Below, piece after piece: positions 49,057 through 58,520 of a stretch of 64,000 nucleotides of DNA; position 1 is the stretch's first letter; every line of letters starts with the position of its first letter. The notes beneath the pieces are model-generated. The model saw only the letters and a list, made by a program, of their open reading frames with translations, ran no database searches and was not told the origin of the DNA. The DNA comes from a virus. The position numbers and the translations under genes are program-made. The stretch is taken from positions 32,001-96,000 of IMG/VR virus record IMGVR_UViG_3300025133_000029. One strand, given 5' to 3'.

Positions 49057-50007
49057 ATGTGTAAGATGGAAAACAACGGAAAGCCTTGGAGAGTAGGATT
49101 ATTGGATACGTTCAGAAGCAATAAAGAAGCTCGGCTATGGGCTTCGATTATGAACAAAATTAGACAATGCTTTGGGTGTTATGGATTTTATCCGTCCAGT
49201 TTTATTTGTTCTTCTGTTTTCTTGGAGGAAGTTTCTAAAATACTTGGTTTCTTGCCGAGTGGTATTGAGTTCGAATACCAAGAACACCATGGCCTGTCTC
49301 TGCTCATTGTGATTGATAATGGGGTGCCGTATGGTTCATTTGATGTTGTGGATGAGTCATATTTGGAGGGGATGCGGATCGCCCCTCTTTTGTTTAAGTC
49401 TCGTCAGCTAGCCAACAACACAATAAATGAACGATTTGATACAAGAGTAGCTTTGGGGGAGTGTTGGGAGGAACTTCATAGTTCGATGCGTCGTCGCTAT
49501 TTTTTCTGGGCGCGTGAATTATGGATTCTTCTGCAAAGAACAGAGGGAGGGGTTTCTTCTTACATGGGGGAAGAGACCGATAGTGATGAGGATAGCAATA
49601 TGGAACCGGGTGGCCGAGATTTTGTCTTCGAGCGTCGTAGAACGTTACCGACTGGAATCATTTGTAAGAAGATTGTTGAATACATTGCGCAGGAGCATTG
49701 GAAGGATTTGCTCGTGGAGTTGGACCTTTCTAAAATGAAGGGTCCATTTTCTGCAGATGAGTTCAAACAGGTCACAAAAAGATCACAGTGGAAGTCAGGC
49801 ACAGAGATTTTTATATTTTCCGATAAAGCTAAACAACGGGAGTGGGATATCCTTGGGTCGGTAAACACAACGATGGATTTCATGGTGAATGTAATAGAGG
49901 CTCAAGATTCACTGACTGTTGTTGTGGGCAGTATTTTTGGTGGAATTGCTCCCCAATTGTTAAGTTGGTTAAAGGATTTGGATGGAATTAAATACGTGGA
50001 GAGATGA
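49057..50007 (+). CDS. hypothetical protein
   Basis: 316-aa ORF. Confidence 0.6.
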   Translation: MCKMENNGKPWRVGLLDTFRSNKEARLWASIMNKIRQCFGCYGFYPSSFICSSVFLEEVSKILGFLPSGIEFEYQEHHGLSLLIVIDNGVPYGSFDVVDESYLEGMRIAPLLFKSRQLANNTINERFDTRVALGECWEELHSSMRRRYFFWARELWILLQRTEGGVSSYMGEETDSDEDSNMEPGGRDFVFERRRTLPTGIICKKIVEYIAQEHWKDLLVELDLSKMKGPFSADEFKQVTKRSQWKSGTEIFIFSDKAKQREWDILGSVNTTMDFMVNVIEAQDSLTVVVGSIFGGIAPQLLSWLKDLDGIKYVER

Positions 50008-50035
50008 TCTTCAACTTTTCTTGAGGTAATAATAG

Positions 50036-50272
50036 ATGAGTCGTTCATATAATTTTGGAACATGCACGATCAATATTCCAGACGGTATGAGAGTTCGGTG
50101 CCTTCAGCATCGGTGGGAATCGAGGGGTAGTTCTGTTGTAGTGGACAGAAACCCAGGAGGCACAGATTCAACAGGAGATCAACACTACAACTTGGAGCGT
50201 TGTTCTTTTTGCGGAGCCGAGCGAAGAAGTGGTGTCTTTTTCATGTCTGGTGCTTCGACCTCAACAGACTAA
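50036..50272 (+). CDS. small Zn-ribbon protein
   Basis: CLQHRW...RCSFCGAER; GAGG RBS. Confidence 0.5.
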   Translation: MSRSYNFGTCTINIPDGMRVRCLQHRWESRGSSVVVDRNPGGTDSTGDQHYNLERCSFCGAERRSGVFFMSGASTSTD

Positions 50273-51279
50273 AGGAACAAAAGGTTACTCGTTTGCCAAA
50301 GAAAATTGAAGAGTTGTTTAACTCAGTAAGAAACAAGCCAAACTATGTAGATGAAAAAGAAGAAAGAAATTGGGTGGATTCACTATTTATAAGTGGAGGT
50401 AGTAAAGTGTTTCGTTTTATGGAAGATGTTAGGGAAATGTGCTTATCTGGTTCATGCGATGATGCGATGAAGGTTGAAAAAGATATAGCAAAGGGAATAG
50501 ATACCGATACGGGTGATAAGGAAGGAGAAGATCTCTTCTTTCCCGAAGAGGTGGGGCAACTTCTTTATCAAAGAGACCCTCGTGAGCTAATCTCTTCTTA
50601 TCCGGACTTGCCCAGAGTGGTTCCAAACTTTTCAGTAAATACTATGTCTGGGATTAGTGAGGGGAGGCATGTTTGGACTGCGTGTCTAGATCTTATGGAG
50701 TGGTCACTAACGAGCAGTTGTGTACCAAAGAGGGATGTGGGGACGTTGGATTGTTTAATGGGGATAACACCCCATTACGAGGCGGCTTGGCAGGATTTTA
50801 GAAATTGGCCGTTAGCAAAAAGTACGGACAGAAATGATCCCCTTCGTTGGGGAAATAGACCATTACTTCTTATGTCTATTGTAGTTCTTCGCTATAATGG
50901 GGAGTACTTTCTATATGTTTGCCATTCATCATTGCGGGGGATGAGTTCGGACAGACAAAGAGCATCAAAGAGGGGATTGTTTCTCTGGAACTTTATATGT
51001 CACAACATGCATTGGTGGCTACCAAAGAGTATTGGGGGAGGGGGGTTGGCGGTTTGCTATTCGGTGACAAGAGATCCTCTAGAGAGGGAGAATGTTGCTA
51101 AACTTGGGACTTTGATGGGGGTGTATGGAGGGGTAGATGCTTGTATCATTGGAAATAGTGGGACTGTATTAATGCATCATCCTAATGATTTTGAATTAGA
51201 TGATCATTTAGGATTAGAGTTATTGCCATTAAGGAATTCTGATGGGGTTAGATCGTCTTTGAAGATTTTTGAGTCATAA
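50200..51279 (+). CDS. hypothetical protein (start uncertain)
   Basis: Long ORF; true start probably near 50290. Confidence 0.55.
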   Translation: MFFLRSRAKKWCLFHVWCFDLNRLKEQKVTRLPKKIEELFNSVRNKPNYVDEKEERNWVDSLFISGGSKVFRFMEDVREMCLSGSCDDAMKVEKDIAKGIDTDTGDKEGEDLFFPEEVGQLLYQRDPRELISSYPDLPRVVPNFSVNTMSGISEGRHVWTACLDLMEWSLTSSCVPKRDVGTLDCLMGITPHYEAAWQDFRNWPLAKSTDRNDPLRWGNRPLLLMSIVVLRYNGEYFLYVCHSSLRGMSSDRQRASKRGLFLWNFICHNMHWWLPKSIGGGGLAVCYSVTRDPLERENVAKLGTLMGVYGGVDACIIGNSGTVLMHHPNDFELDDHLGLELLPLRNSDGVRSSLKIFES

Positions 51280-51288
51280 GAAAAAGGT

Positions 51289-51729
51289 CTAGGGGATATT
51301 CTCTATTTTTGTTTTCTCCATTAGATCTTTGGATGAATGCAGAAGATTATCTATTGTTTTATCCTCTACTTTTATAAGTTCCGCAGATAGTTTTTTTTTG
51401 TTTCTTTGAGATTTTTTTTCAAGATCGGCTATTTGTTTATTTATTTGCTTTCTTTTTTCTTTGCGACCTGCTTCTGTTTTTTTTATAAGAGCAAGTTTGT
51501 GTTTATTGACGGCTATATTTTTTTCATATCTGGCTTGGTCTCTCTGAGCTTTTAGCCACTTGGTACTAACCCGAAGTTTGTATACGGTTCTTTTATATCG
51601 TCGAATCACAAACTGTTGTACGGATATGATAGCGAGAGTGGCGGCTAAACCCCAGACAAGTATTTTTACCCAAATTTTCTCTGAGTACCCACTTGCGATT
51701 TTGCCAAAAAAGTTTTTTACTTTTTCCAT
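51289..51729 (-). CDS. single-TM basic coiled-coil protein
   Basis: N-terminal TM then K-rich coiled coil (topology like an i-spanin; unproven). Confidence 0.55.
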   Translation of the reverse strand: MEKVKNFFGKIASGYSEKIWVKILVWGLAATLAIISVQQFVIRRYKRTVYKLRVSTKWLKAQRDQARYEKNIAVNKHKLALIKKTEAGRKEKRKQINKQIADLEKKSQRNKKKLSAELIKVEDKTIDNLLHSSKDLMEKTKIENIP

Positions 51730-51738
51730 AATCGTCTT

Positions 51739-53157
51739 CTAGTTTTTTTGTGTTTTTGGCACCGGGACAATTGGAATGGACTCTGCTTTAGAATCTTTAG
51801 AGTCTAAAGATTCTTCTTCCAGAATCTTTCCTTGCTCGTCGAATTCTATATCGACGGGTGTTATATCGGATAATTCTCCAGATATGAGGTGTGGCTCAAT
51901 TCCAACTCGTTTCATTCTGTCGAGAATAATGGCTCCATATCCAGGATCAAGCTCTATCCCATATCCTCGGCGACCCGTGCTTTCTGCGGCGATAAGAGAA
52001 GTGCCGCTTCCCAAGAAAGCATCGTATACAGAATCTCCGGGGTTTGTGTGGTTTTCTATAGGTCGGCGCATGCATTCTATTGGTTTTTGTGTTCCATGAC
52101 CTGTTTGTTCGTCGAGTTCGTCATTTCCTCCTCCAAAGGCAGCCAGATTTCTTATTTCCCAAACATTTGATTGTTTTCTTCCTCCCTGCCAATTTGCGCT
52201 CTTTCCCTTTCTTACTGCATACCAAGCCATCTCATATTGTTGGTGGTAGTGACTTCTTGAGAATGCAAAGTGTTGCTTTTTCCAAACAACCATTGTTCTT
52301 GGTATAAAGTTGCAGTCTCGCAGTCCATCCATAATAACATCGGTAAATATGGCGGCGTGCCATACATAGGCAACATCTCCGGGAAAGAGTTTATATGCAT
52401 CTCGCCAGTCTGCTATGTGGTCATTAGCGACTTTTCCAGTAGATCGAACATTTCCTCGCATTGTGTCAGCTTCATTTCTCCATCCCGGATCATAGTTCAC
52501 TCCGTAGGGAGGGTCGGTAACCATAAGGAGTGGAACTTCACCACCAAAGAGAGTACTTACGGCTTGAGGATCTGTTGAAGATCCGATCATGAGTCTATGG
52601 TCACCGCATTGCCAGAGTTGTCCTAGTTGAGTTTTCCATTCGCGTTGCATGTCCTCTCTGGGGTCAAAGTCTTGTCTGTTTTCTTCATCACGGACATTGT
52701 TTTTCTTTTGATCGATTTTGACGCCTTGAAGGATTTCTCGGAGGTCTTCGGTTTTGAAACCTGTTCCTCTTAGTTTTATTGCGCTTTGTTTTACGTTCTC
52801 GAGTATTTCTGAAAGTATTTTATTGTCGTACGTTGCGATGTCAGATGTGCGGTTATCGGCGAGGAGTATTCGGAGAGCTTGGTCATCATCTACGTCTATA
52901 AATATAACGGGGACTTTAGTTTCTCCTTCTTCCAGGAGAGCTTTGTATCTGTGGTTTCCAACAAGGATGAAATTTGTTGTTTTTTGAACAATCAATACGC
53001 CATAGAAACCATTAACTTGAAGGCTTTCGCGTATGAGGTCGATGTTTCCTTTTCTTGGGTTTCTTGGGTGAGTAAACACTGAATCAATGGGAACTTCTTC
53101 AATAGAAGATCCATCATTCAGGAAGTGTATTTTTTGTTCTTGCTTGATTTCTTCCAT
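51739..53157 (-). CDS. ParB/Srx-domain fused DNA methyltransferase (N4/N6 family)
   Basis: HPRNPRKG...GNHR ParB-like N-terminus; TDPPYG, HGTQKP, YDAFLGSGT, GIELDP. Confidence 0.9.
   Translation of the reverse strand: MEEIKQEQKIHFLNDGSSIEEVPIDSVFTHPRNPRKGNIDLIRESLQVNGFYGVLIVQKTTNFILVGNHRYKALLEEGETKVPVIFIDVDDDQALRILLADNRTSDIATYDNKILSEILENVKQSAIKLRGTGFKTEDLREILQGVKIDQKKNNVRDEENRQDFDPREDMQREWKTQLGQLWQCGDHRLMIGSSTDPQAVSTLFGGEVPLLMVTDPPYGVNYDPGWRNEADTMRGNVRSTGKVANDHIADWRDAYKLFPGDVAYVWHAAIFTDVIMDGLRDCNFIPRTMVVWKKQHFAFSRSHYHQQYEMAWYAVRKGKSANWQGGRKQSNVWEIRNLAAFGGGNDELDEQTGHGTQKPIECMRRPIENHTNPGDSVYDAFLGSGTSLIAAESTGRRGYGIELDPGYGAIILDRMKRVGIEPHLISGELSDITPVDIEFDEQGKILEEESLDSKDSKAESIPIVPVPKTQKN
51792..51812. 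repeat. dispersed palindrome copy 16 (in MTase CDS, encodes SLDSKD on the - strand)
   Basis: AATCTTTAGA-G-TCTAAAGATT. Confidence 0.95.
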
Positions 53158-53205
53158 GGGTTTTTCCTTCTGTTGTTTTTTTGGCGAAATAAAGCGAGGA
53201 GTGTT

Positions 53206-53658
53206 TTATTGTGGGAACTTTATCTCTGGTGTATCCGGAGCTTGATTTGTCTCTTTTGGTTCACTGGATTGTGAGAGACCTTTGGTCGCTTTGTGAATCT
53301 CGCCAACAACTTTTGTTTGTATGAATTGGATAGCACTTTCACTGACATCACCGTCAGGGTATACCAAATATAATTGTCTTGCCATCAATAATTTTTGTTG
53401 GGCACGAATTACAGAAAGACCAGATGCGGATGCTAAGTCTTCGGCGTTGTAGATTGTATGTTCCCAGAGAGCATTCCATAATTCATTGTCTGACATGGTT
53501 GCGCCATTTTTTATTTCATTTGGGGGATCCCATTTTACACCGATACGACGCCATGCGAGGATTAGATTCAAGAGTGAGTCGTCACCAATGAGAGAGTGTG
53601 CATTTTCAATACTGTCTTTGACAATAAATGAGCGGAGGAGTGTTGATGGATGAGCCAT
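53206..53658 (-). CDS. hypothetical protein
   Basis: Start reassigned to MAHPS, downstream of the terminator. Confidence 0.55.
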   Translation of the reverse strand: MAHPSTLLRSFIVKDSIENAHSLIGDDSLLNLILAWRRIGVKWDPPNEIKNGATMSDNELWNALWEHTIYNAEDLASASGLSVIRAQQKLLMARQLYLVYPDGDVSESAIQFIQTKVVGEIHKATKGLSQSSEPKETNQAPDTPEIKFPQ

Positions 53659-53675
53659 TATTATTCCTTGTACGC

Positions 53676-53715
53676 AAAAAAAAAGGGCCATGACGTTAAT
53701 TCGCCATGGCCCTTT
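53676..53715 (-). terminator. intrinsic terminator
   Basis: AAAGGGCCATG/CATGGCCCTTT stem with a U-tract on the minus strand. Confidence 0.7.
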
Positions 53716-53754
53716 CGATAATAGTCTTTTTTTGAGTCTATTGACTCATTTTTT

Positions 53755-54186
53755 TTAGAAGAGTCCGGAAGATGCCATCGATTGACGAGCGAGTCGATAG
53801 TCATTTTCTATAGCGGTTCTGAGCAGGAGAGCCTCATCGTTGGACAGTGGAGCTTTTACGCGAACAACGCTCTCGGGCAGATTTTGGAATTTAAATCCAA
53901 GAACAGAAGACATTGCGAGGGCCTCAAACTCAGTTAGGGCGATGCCAAGGTTTGATTTCCGAAGAGCTTCCTGAACGATTCCTTTGGCGTATCCTATATC
54001 AATAGCTCCATTTGGATATCGACGCCACAGTCCATGTCCAATGTTTCTGCTCTCTTGTGAGGGAACAATGCTTCCAGTTGGTCTGTTTTCAAAAGGCCAA
54101 TTGCTTGTTCTTCTTCTCAGATGAAGAGGTATGGCAGATGGTCTGGGTGATTTCATAAGTATGGATGCGTTGTGTGAGGTTTGCAT
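53755..54186 (-). CDS. hypothetical protein, possibly virion-associated
   Basis: Follows the large Pro-rich gene; contains LMKS, LRKS and VKA motifs. Confidence 0.55.
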   Translation of the reverse strand: MQTSHNASILMKSPRPSAIPLHLRRRTSNWPFENRPTGSIVPSQESRNIGHGLWRRYPNGAIDIGYAKGIVQEALRKSNLGIALTEFEALAMSSVLGFKFQNLPESVVRVKAPLSNDEALLLRTAIENDYRLARQSMASSGLF

Positions 54187-54188
54187 GA

Positions 54189-57185
54189 TTAAATTTCTCC
54201 TCCCATAGCAGGTGCGGCTCCTTCATCAGAGCCACCCATGCTATCTATCATTTTAGCGAGTTCGTTGTTGGTTTCTTGTAGTTTTGCAAGGTTGTCTGTG
54301 TCCGGGTGAAGTTTGTCCCCCATGGCTTTCTCGAGGTCTTGTATGGCTTTTTCGAGTTCGAAGCTAGTAGAACTCGAAACTGTGTATGGGTGACTGGCGT
54401 CTGTGACTTGTCCCTCTGGTCTTTCGCTAAAGATGGGGACGGCGACCTGTGAAAGTTCGCTTATGGCGGGAATGCTTTTGTGCAAGCTCTTTTGAGCCGA
54501 ATCCAACTCACGAAGTTCTTTTGCTTGCCAAAGCAAACATTTTCTTTGCAAGAGAAAATACTTGCCTTGAACATCACGAAGTTCTTCTCGGAGGGTTTGT
54601 CTTTTATTTTTATCTGGATCTATAACTGTTCCATAGTTCCAGTTCGTGTCAGTAAGATCGTAGAGTTTTGCTTCGATTTCTTGTTCTTCTGCGAGGATTT
54701 CCATGCTTTGTGCTTGAAATGGAGTTCCTGAGAAGAAATCAATCCTCTCTCGGAGATTTTCGTGGAGCCATGCTTTGCTAATATCCACATTGCCGGGGAT
54801 TGATTTTCCGAGATTTTCTTCGAATTGGACACTTTTTTGGGTCTTGTCGTTTCGACGGCATTCAGCGGCTTTGAAGCGCATGGCCTGTGCTTGCAGTTTT
54901 AGGATGTCGACTTCGCACTTCTTTTCGTCTTCGTCTAGTTTTTTTCTCTTTTTCTCATCGGGGTCATGTTTATTTCCAGCTTCCCATTTTATGGGTCGAA
55001 GCGCTCGGCGTTTTGCGATTAGCTCTTTGAGCTTCGCGCAGAGTTCAATTGATTTTGCGTAGTAGGGTGTCCCATAAAAGTCTTCGTAGATATGGGTGTC
55101 ATCCCCCACCGCAATACTCATTGGTATTCCAAAGCCCTTGGAAAAGTCTTGTTCTAAGAGACCCATGGCCTGATCAAGAGCGTTGGGATAAAGTTGGGCT
55201 TCAAGCTCTAAAATGGATCGTTCCAATGCTTTGTTCATTGTTTGGGCCTCTGGGTTATATTCGAAGGAGTCCTGATATCCTTCGTATGGGTGTTGGTAAC
55301 TTGGGTCTCTTCTTGATAGCGCATGTCCGACGCCTTCATCCCATTCTTTGTTTTCTTTTTGGCGATCAAGGTGTTGAGCGGCGGCACGGTCGTATTTGTC
55401 GCGATATCCACCCATTCGTGCCAATGCAGTGCCCGTTCCTTCAGCCCATTCTTTGTCTTCTTTTTGGCGATCAAGGTGTTGAGCGGCGGCACGATCGTAT
55501 TTGTCGTGATATCCACCCATTTGTGCTAATGCAGTGCCTGTTCCTTCAGCCCATTCTTTTTGTCTATCTTTGTGTCGAAGTTGGGCAGCAGCGGCTCTTT
55601 CGTGTTTGTTTCGAAAGATGTCAGCCGCGGTGTCTTTGATAGCGGTAGCTGCTTGCCCAGGGGCTTGTGCTGCTTGTCCTACTTTGTCTATTGGTCTGAG
55701 GGCGGCGTGGGCTAATTGGGCTATAAATTCTCCACCTGTTGGATCATTTGCAGCACCACCTGCATTGAATCCAAGAACAGCTGGTGATGTTGGTGAGAGT
55801 CCCGCTACTCCTCCGATCCCTGCATATTCTTGGAAGGGGTTGGGTTTAGCGGGAAGATTGGGAGTTTGTTCTTTGCCAAGTCCAGCAGATCCTTCCCGCC
55901 GCTGCTGTCCAACTTGGCGAGAGAATTTCTCTGGGTTTTTTGGAGCCGTCGTTGTTTTAGGCGGGGCAGACGGTGCTGAAGATCCTTGTGGGGGTGCGGA
56001 ACTGGAAGTTGAGGGTGTTGAGGGTGTTGAGGGTGTTGAGGAGCTAGGTCCAAAAGGTGTTTGGTTTTGTTGGGGGCTTTGGTTTTGTCCTTGGCTTTCT
56101 TGGGGACGGGGAGTGTTGTTGGGTGAAAACTTTGCATCGAAAGAAGAACCAGATCTTTGGTTTCCTGCGGCTTGCTTAACCTTCTCATCACTAAACGAGT
56201 AGTTTCGAACTTGGTTTGGGTTTGATCCTGTATATGTGTTGTTTTGGCCTGCGTTACCTGTGGATGTCCCTCCATTCGTAGCGTTATTGGATGTTCCTCC
56301 ACCGACAGATGTAGTGGAGGACGGCTGGGGAGCGGGGGGGCTGGTTGCACTACCACCTTGCGGCGAGGATGCTGGTGGTGTGCTTGTGGAATTACCAGCG
56401 CCCCCCATTGCCTTTCCCAGCACACCATTCCAGCTCTTCATTGTATCTTCTCCCGGCATGGCGAGAGGTGAAGGAAGACCTTGCGCAGCTGCAGGGCTGG
56501 CGGGTGTAATATTAGGAATAGCTCCAGGGTTAGCTCCGGGGACGGGTGGGGCCATTGGAGGTGCGGGAATTCCATGAGGATTGCTTCCTCCCATTCTTGG
56601 TCCACCAAGGGGCATGGGGGAGGGGGGAGGGGTAAGTGTGGGCATGGCGTCTTCCGGAGCAGAAGATGGTCCGGGGAGAGGTGGCGGGGGAGAAAGCATT
56701 GTGCTTTGGATATTGCCACGAGTGGGGGGTGTTCCCCAACCACCTAGAGGTGGATTGTTTGTTTCGTTTTGGGGTTCGATCTCATCTTCTTGGGGTTCGA
56801 TCTCATTTTCTTGGGATGGAGGGCTTGGAGGAAAGGCATTCATGCTTTGGGGCATGTTAGGAGGAGCGGAGTCGAATCCAGGTGCCTGTCCTCTGCCGGG
56901 AGGCTTCGCAGGCATTGGGGGCTGTATCATAGGCGGGTTGGCTTTGTGGAGATTTCTCATCTCGGCAGGAAAGATGGTATGACTTCTGACGAAAGGAACA
57001 CCTCGAGAAGTCACGTTATTTCCAGAGGGTAGAAAGGAGACAGACTGTTGGGGGAAATATTGCCCAACGGGAGCGTGGTTGTGTTGCACTCCTTGCACTA
57101 TTCCTGCGTGAGTGGTTCTCCTTTGAAATCGCGAAGGGTTGCCAGGGAGAAGTTGTCCTGGCAATGGTTGTTTGGGGTGACTCAT
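54189..57185 (-). CDS. 998-aa Pro/Gly/Ser-rich protein with repeats, putative processed inner-head protein
   Basis: GAGGA RBS; low-complexity N-terminal half, 35-aa repeats, duplicated helical domain, many K-[S/A/G] motifs. Confidence 0.65.
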   Translation of the reverse strand: MSHPKQPLPGQLLPGNPSRFQRRTTHAGIVQGVQHNHAPVGQYFPQQSVSFLPSGNNVTSRGVPFVRSHTIFPAEMRNLHKANPPMIQPPMPAKPPGRGQAPGFDSAPPNMPQSMNAFPPSPPSQENEIEPQEDEIEPQNETNNPPLGGWGTPPTRGNIQSTMLSPPPPLPGPSSAPEDAMPTLTPPPSPMPLGGPRMGGSNPHGIPAPPMAPPVPGANPGAIPNITPASPAAAQGLPSPLAMPGEDTMKSWNGVLGKAMGGAGNSTSTPPASSPQGGSATSPPAPQPSSTTSVGGGTSNNATNGGTSTGNAGQNNTYTGSNPNQVRNYSFSDEKVKQAAGNQRSGSSFDAKFSPNNTPRPQESQGQNQSPQQNQTPFGPSSSTPSTPSTPSTSSSAPPQGSSAPSAPPKTTTAPKNPEKFSRQVGQQRREGSAGLGKEQTPNLPAKPNPFQEYAGIGGVAGLSPTSPAVLGFNAGGAANDPTGGEFIAQLAHAALRPIDKVGQAAQAPGQAATAIKDTAADIFRNKHERAAAAQLRHKDRQKEWAEGTGTALAQMGGYHDKYDRAAAQHLDRQKEDKEWAEGTGTALARMGGYRDKYDRAAAQHLDRQKENKEWDEGVGHALSRRDPSYQHPYEGYQDSFEYNPEAQTMNKALERSILELEAQLYPNALDQAMGLLEQDFSKGFGIPMSIAVGDDTHIYEDFYGTPYYAKSIELCAKLKELIAKRRALRPIKWEAGNKHDPDEKKRKKLDEDEKKCEVDILKLQAQAMRFKAAECRRNDKTQKSVQFEENLGKSIPGNVDISKAWLHENLRERIDFFSGTPFQAQSMEILAEEQEIEAKLYDLTDTNWNYGTVIDPDKNKRQTLREELRDVQGKYFLLQRKCLLWQAKELRELDSAQKSLHKSIPAISELSQVAVPIFSERPEGQVTDASHPYTVSSSTSFELEKAIQDLEKAMGDKLHPDTDNLAKLQETNNELAKMIDSMGGSDEGAAPAMGGEI
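55334..55560. repeat. 105-bp tandem repeat (~2.2 copies) within CDS
   Basis: CCCATTCTTT at 55340, 55445 and 55550; encodes EWAEGTGTALA.MGGY.DKYDRAAAQHLDRQKE. Confidence 0.9.
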
Positions 57186-57212
57186 TTTTATTTTCCTCGA
57201 ATGTGTATGAAA

Positions 57213-57233
57213 AATCTTTAGAATCTAAAGATC
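57213..57233. repeat. dispersed palindrome copy 17 (divergent intergenic region)
   Basis: AATCTTTAGA-A-TCTAAAGATC. Confidence 0.95.
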
Positions 57234-57380
57234 TTTCTACGGTGTTTTGTAAGCCCAGGTTAATAGCCCAGGTGAATGAGTGTCAAGCGTGAGTTTTGTA
57301 TAAATGATGGATAATTCGTTTTTCGAGTGATGTTTGTGTTGTTATTTTGTGTGCTTTCTTTATAGGTGTTTTATTTAGAT

Positions 57381-58520
57381 ATGAACAAGAAAACATTGCC
57401 ATCTCCTCCTCTCCCATCTCCACCACAGCCTCCCTCGGTGTCTTCGCGCGGTGTTCTGCCAAGTCCTCCCCTGCCTTCTCCACCATTACCACCAATTGTG
57501 CCTTTTGTTCCACCCTCTCCTCCTGTTTCGAATGTGGGTGGTATGGGAGTTTTCTTTAAGGTTCCTCGAGGTGTTGAAGTCGATGATGCTCCTGTTGGTG
57601 GTGATCGTGTTTTGTTTTCTCCACAAGTGAACGAGGTTCCTGTGGAGAAGTTGGGATTGGCTCCTATCCCTCCAAAGCCATCGCCACCGAGTCCCATTGA
57701 TTTGGTTTCTTTGGATAGGGGTTCTCCAGAGCCTAAAGGCTTTGCGACCCTACCAAGGCCATCGCAAGATGGAGATAGTGGGGTGGCGGGACATTTCACT
57801 TTCCCGGTTGGGGGAGGAAGAGTTGAGGTCGCACCCAAACAAGAGGATTCGTATGTAGTTGAAGAGTATGTGAGTTTGAGCGAGCAGATAAAGAGAAGTC
57901 TTGTTTCCTTTGATGGAGATAAGACAATGATGATTCTAGGAAATCGTCTAGATTCTGAATCAACCTCTTCTCATATTTTGAACATGCTTAGGGGGAGTGG
58001 TTTCCCCCCTACTCCAACACCTTATTTCCCCTCTGATATGACGTACAAGCCATCTCATCACGAAGCCTTATTGTCTCTTCTTGGTGTCACTAATTTATTG
58101 ATCGTCTGTATCTGTTCTCCGAAGAATAGAGATCTTGGTAAGTTTCGAGTGACTTCAAGATTCTCTTCAACCCCTTTTCCACCAGATCATATTTCAAAAC
58201 ATGGGATGGCTTGTTACCACAAGGCATTTGAATTGAACGTCCCTCGCATATGGGTGGACTTGGACAAGGATCCGATCGCAGCAAGGAATTATGTAGAGGA
58301 TTCTATTTCTTTGTGTCTGAGTCTAGAGGAGATGGTTTCGGATATACCATTTACGCAGCAGCACCCTCTTGCGCCACAGACTTTGTCTCGTCTGTATCAC
58401 AATCCTGATTTGGGATCTTTTACAATTCTTGTGGTGGGACCATCGATAGAGCATATGGGGGGAGAGGAGGCTTTGAACCCTGTGGTGGGTGGGATACTGG
58501 GGGCGTGTCTTCCTTTCTAG
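57381..58520 (+). CDS. proline-rich N-terminus plus globular domain
   Basis: LPSPPLPSPP repeats; long ORF. Confidence 0.6.
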   Translation: MNKKTLPSPPLPSPPQPPSVSSRGVLPSPPLPSPPLPPIVPFVPPSPPVSNVGGMGVFFKVPRGVEVDDAPVGGDRVLFSPQVNEVPVEKLGLAPIPPKPSPPSPIDLVSLDRGSPEPKGFATLPRPSQDGDSGVAGHFTFPVGGGRVEVAPKQEDSYVVEEYVSLSEQIKRSLVSFDGDKTMMILGNRLDSESTSSHILNMLRGSGFPPTPTPYFPSDMTYKPSHHEALLSLLGVTNLLIVCICSPKNRDLGKFRVTSRFSSTPFPPDHISKHGMACYHKAFELNVPRIWVDLDKDPIAARNYVEDSISLCLSLEEMVSDIPFTQQHPLAPQTLSRLYHNPDLGSFTILVVGPSIEHMGGEEALNPVVGGILGACLPF

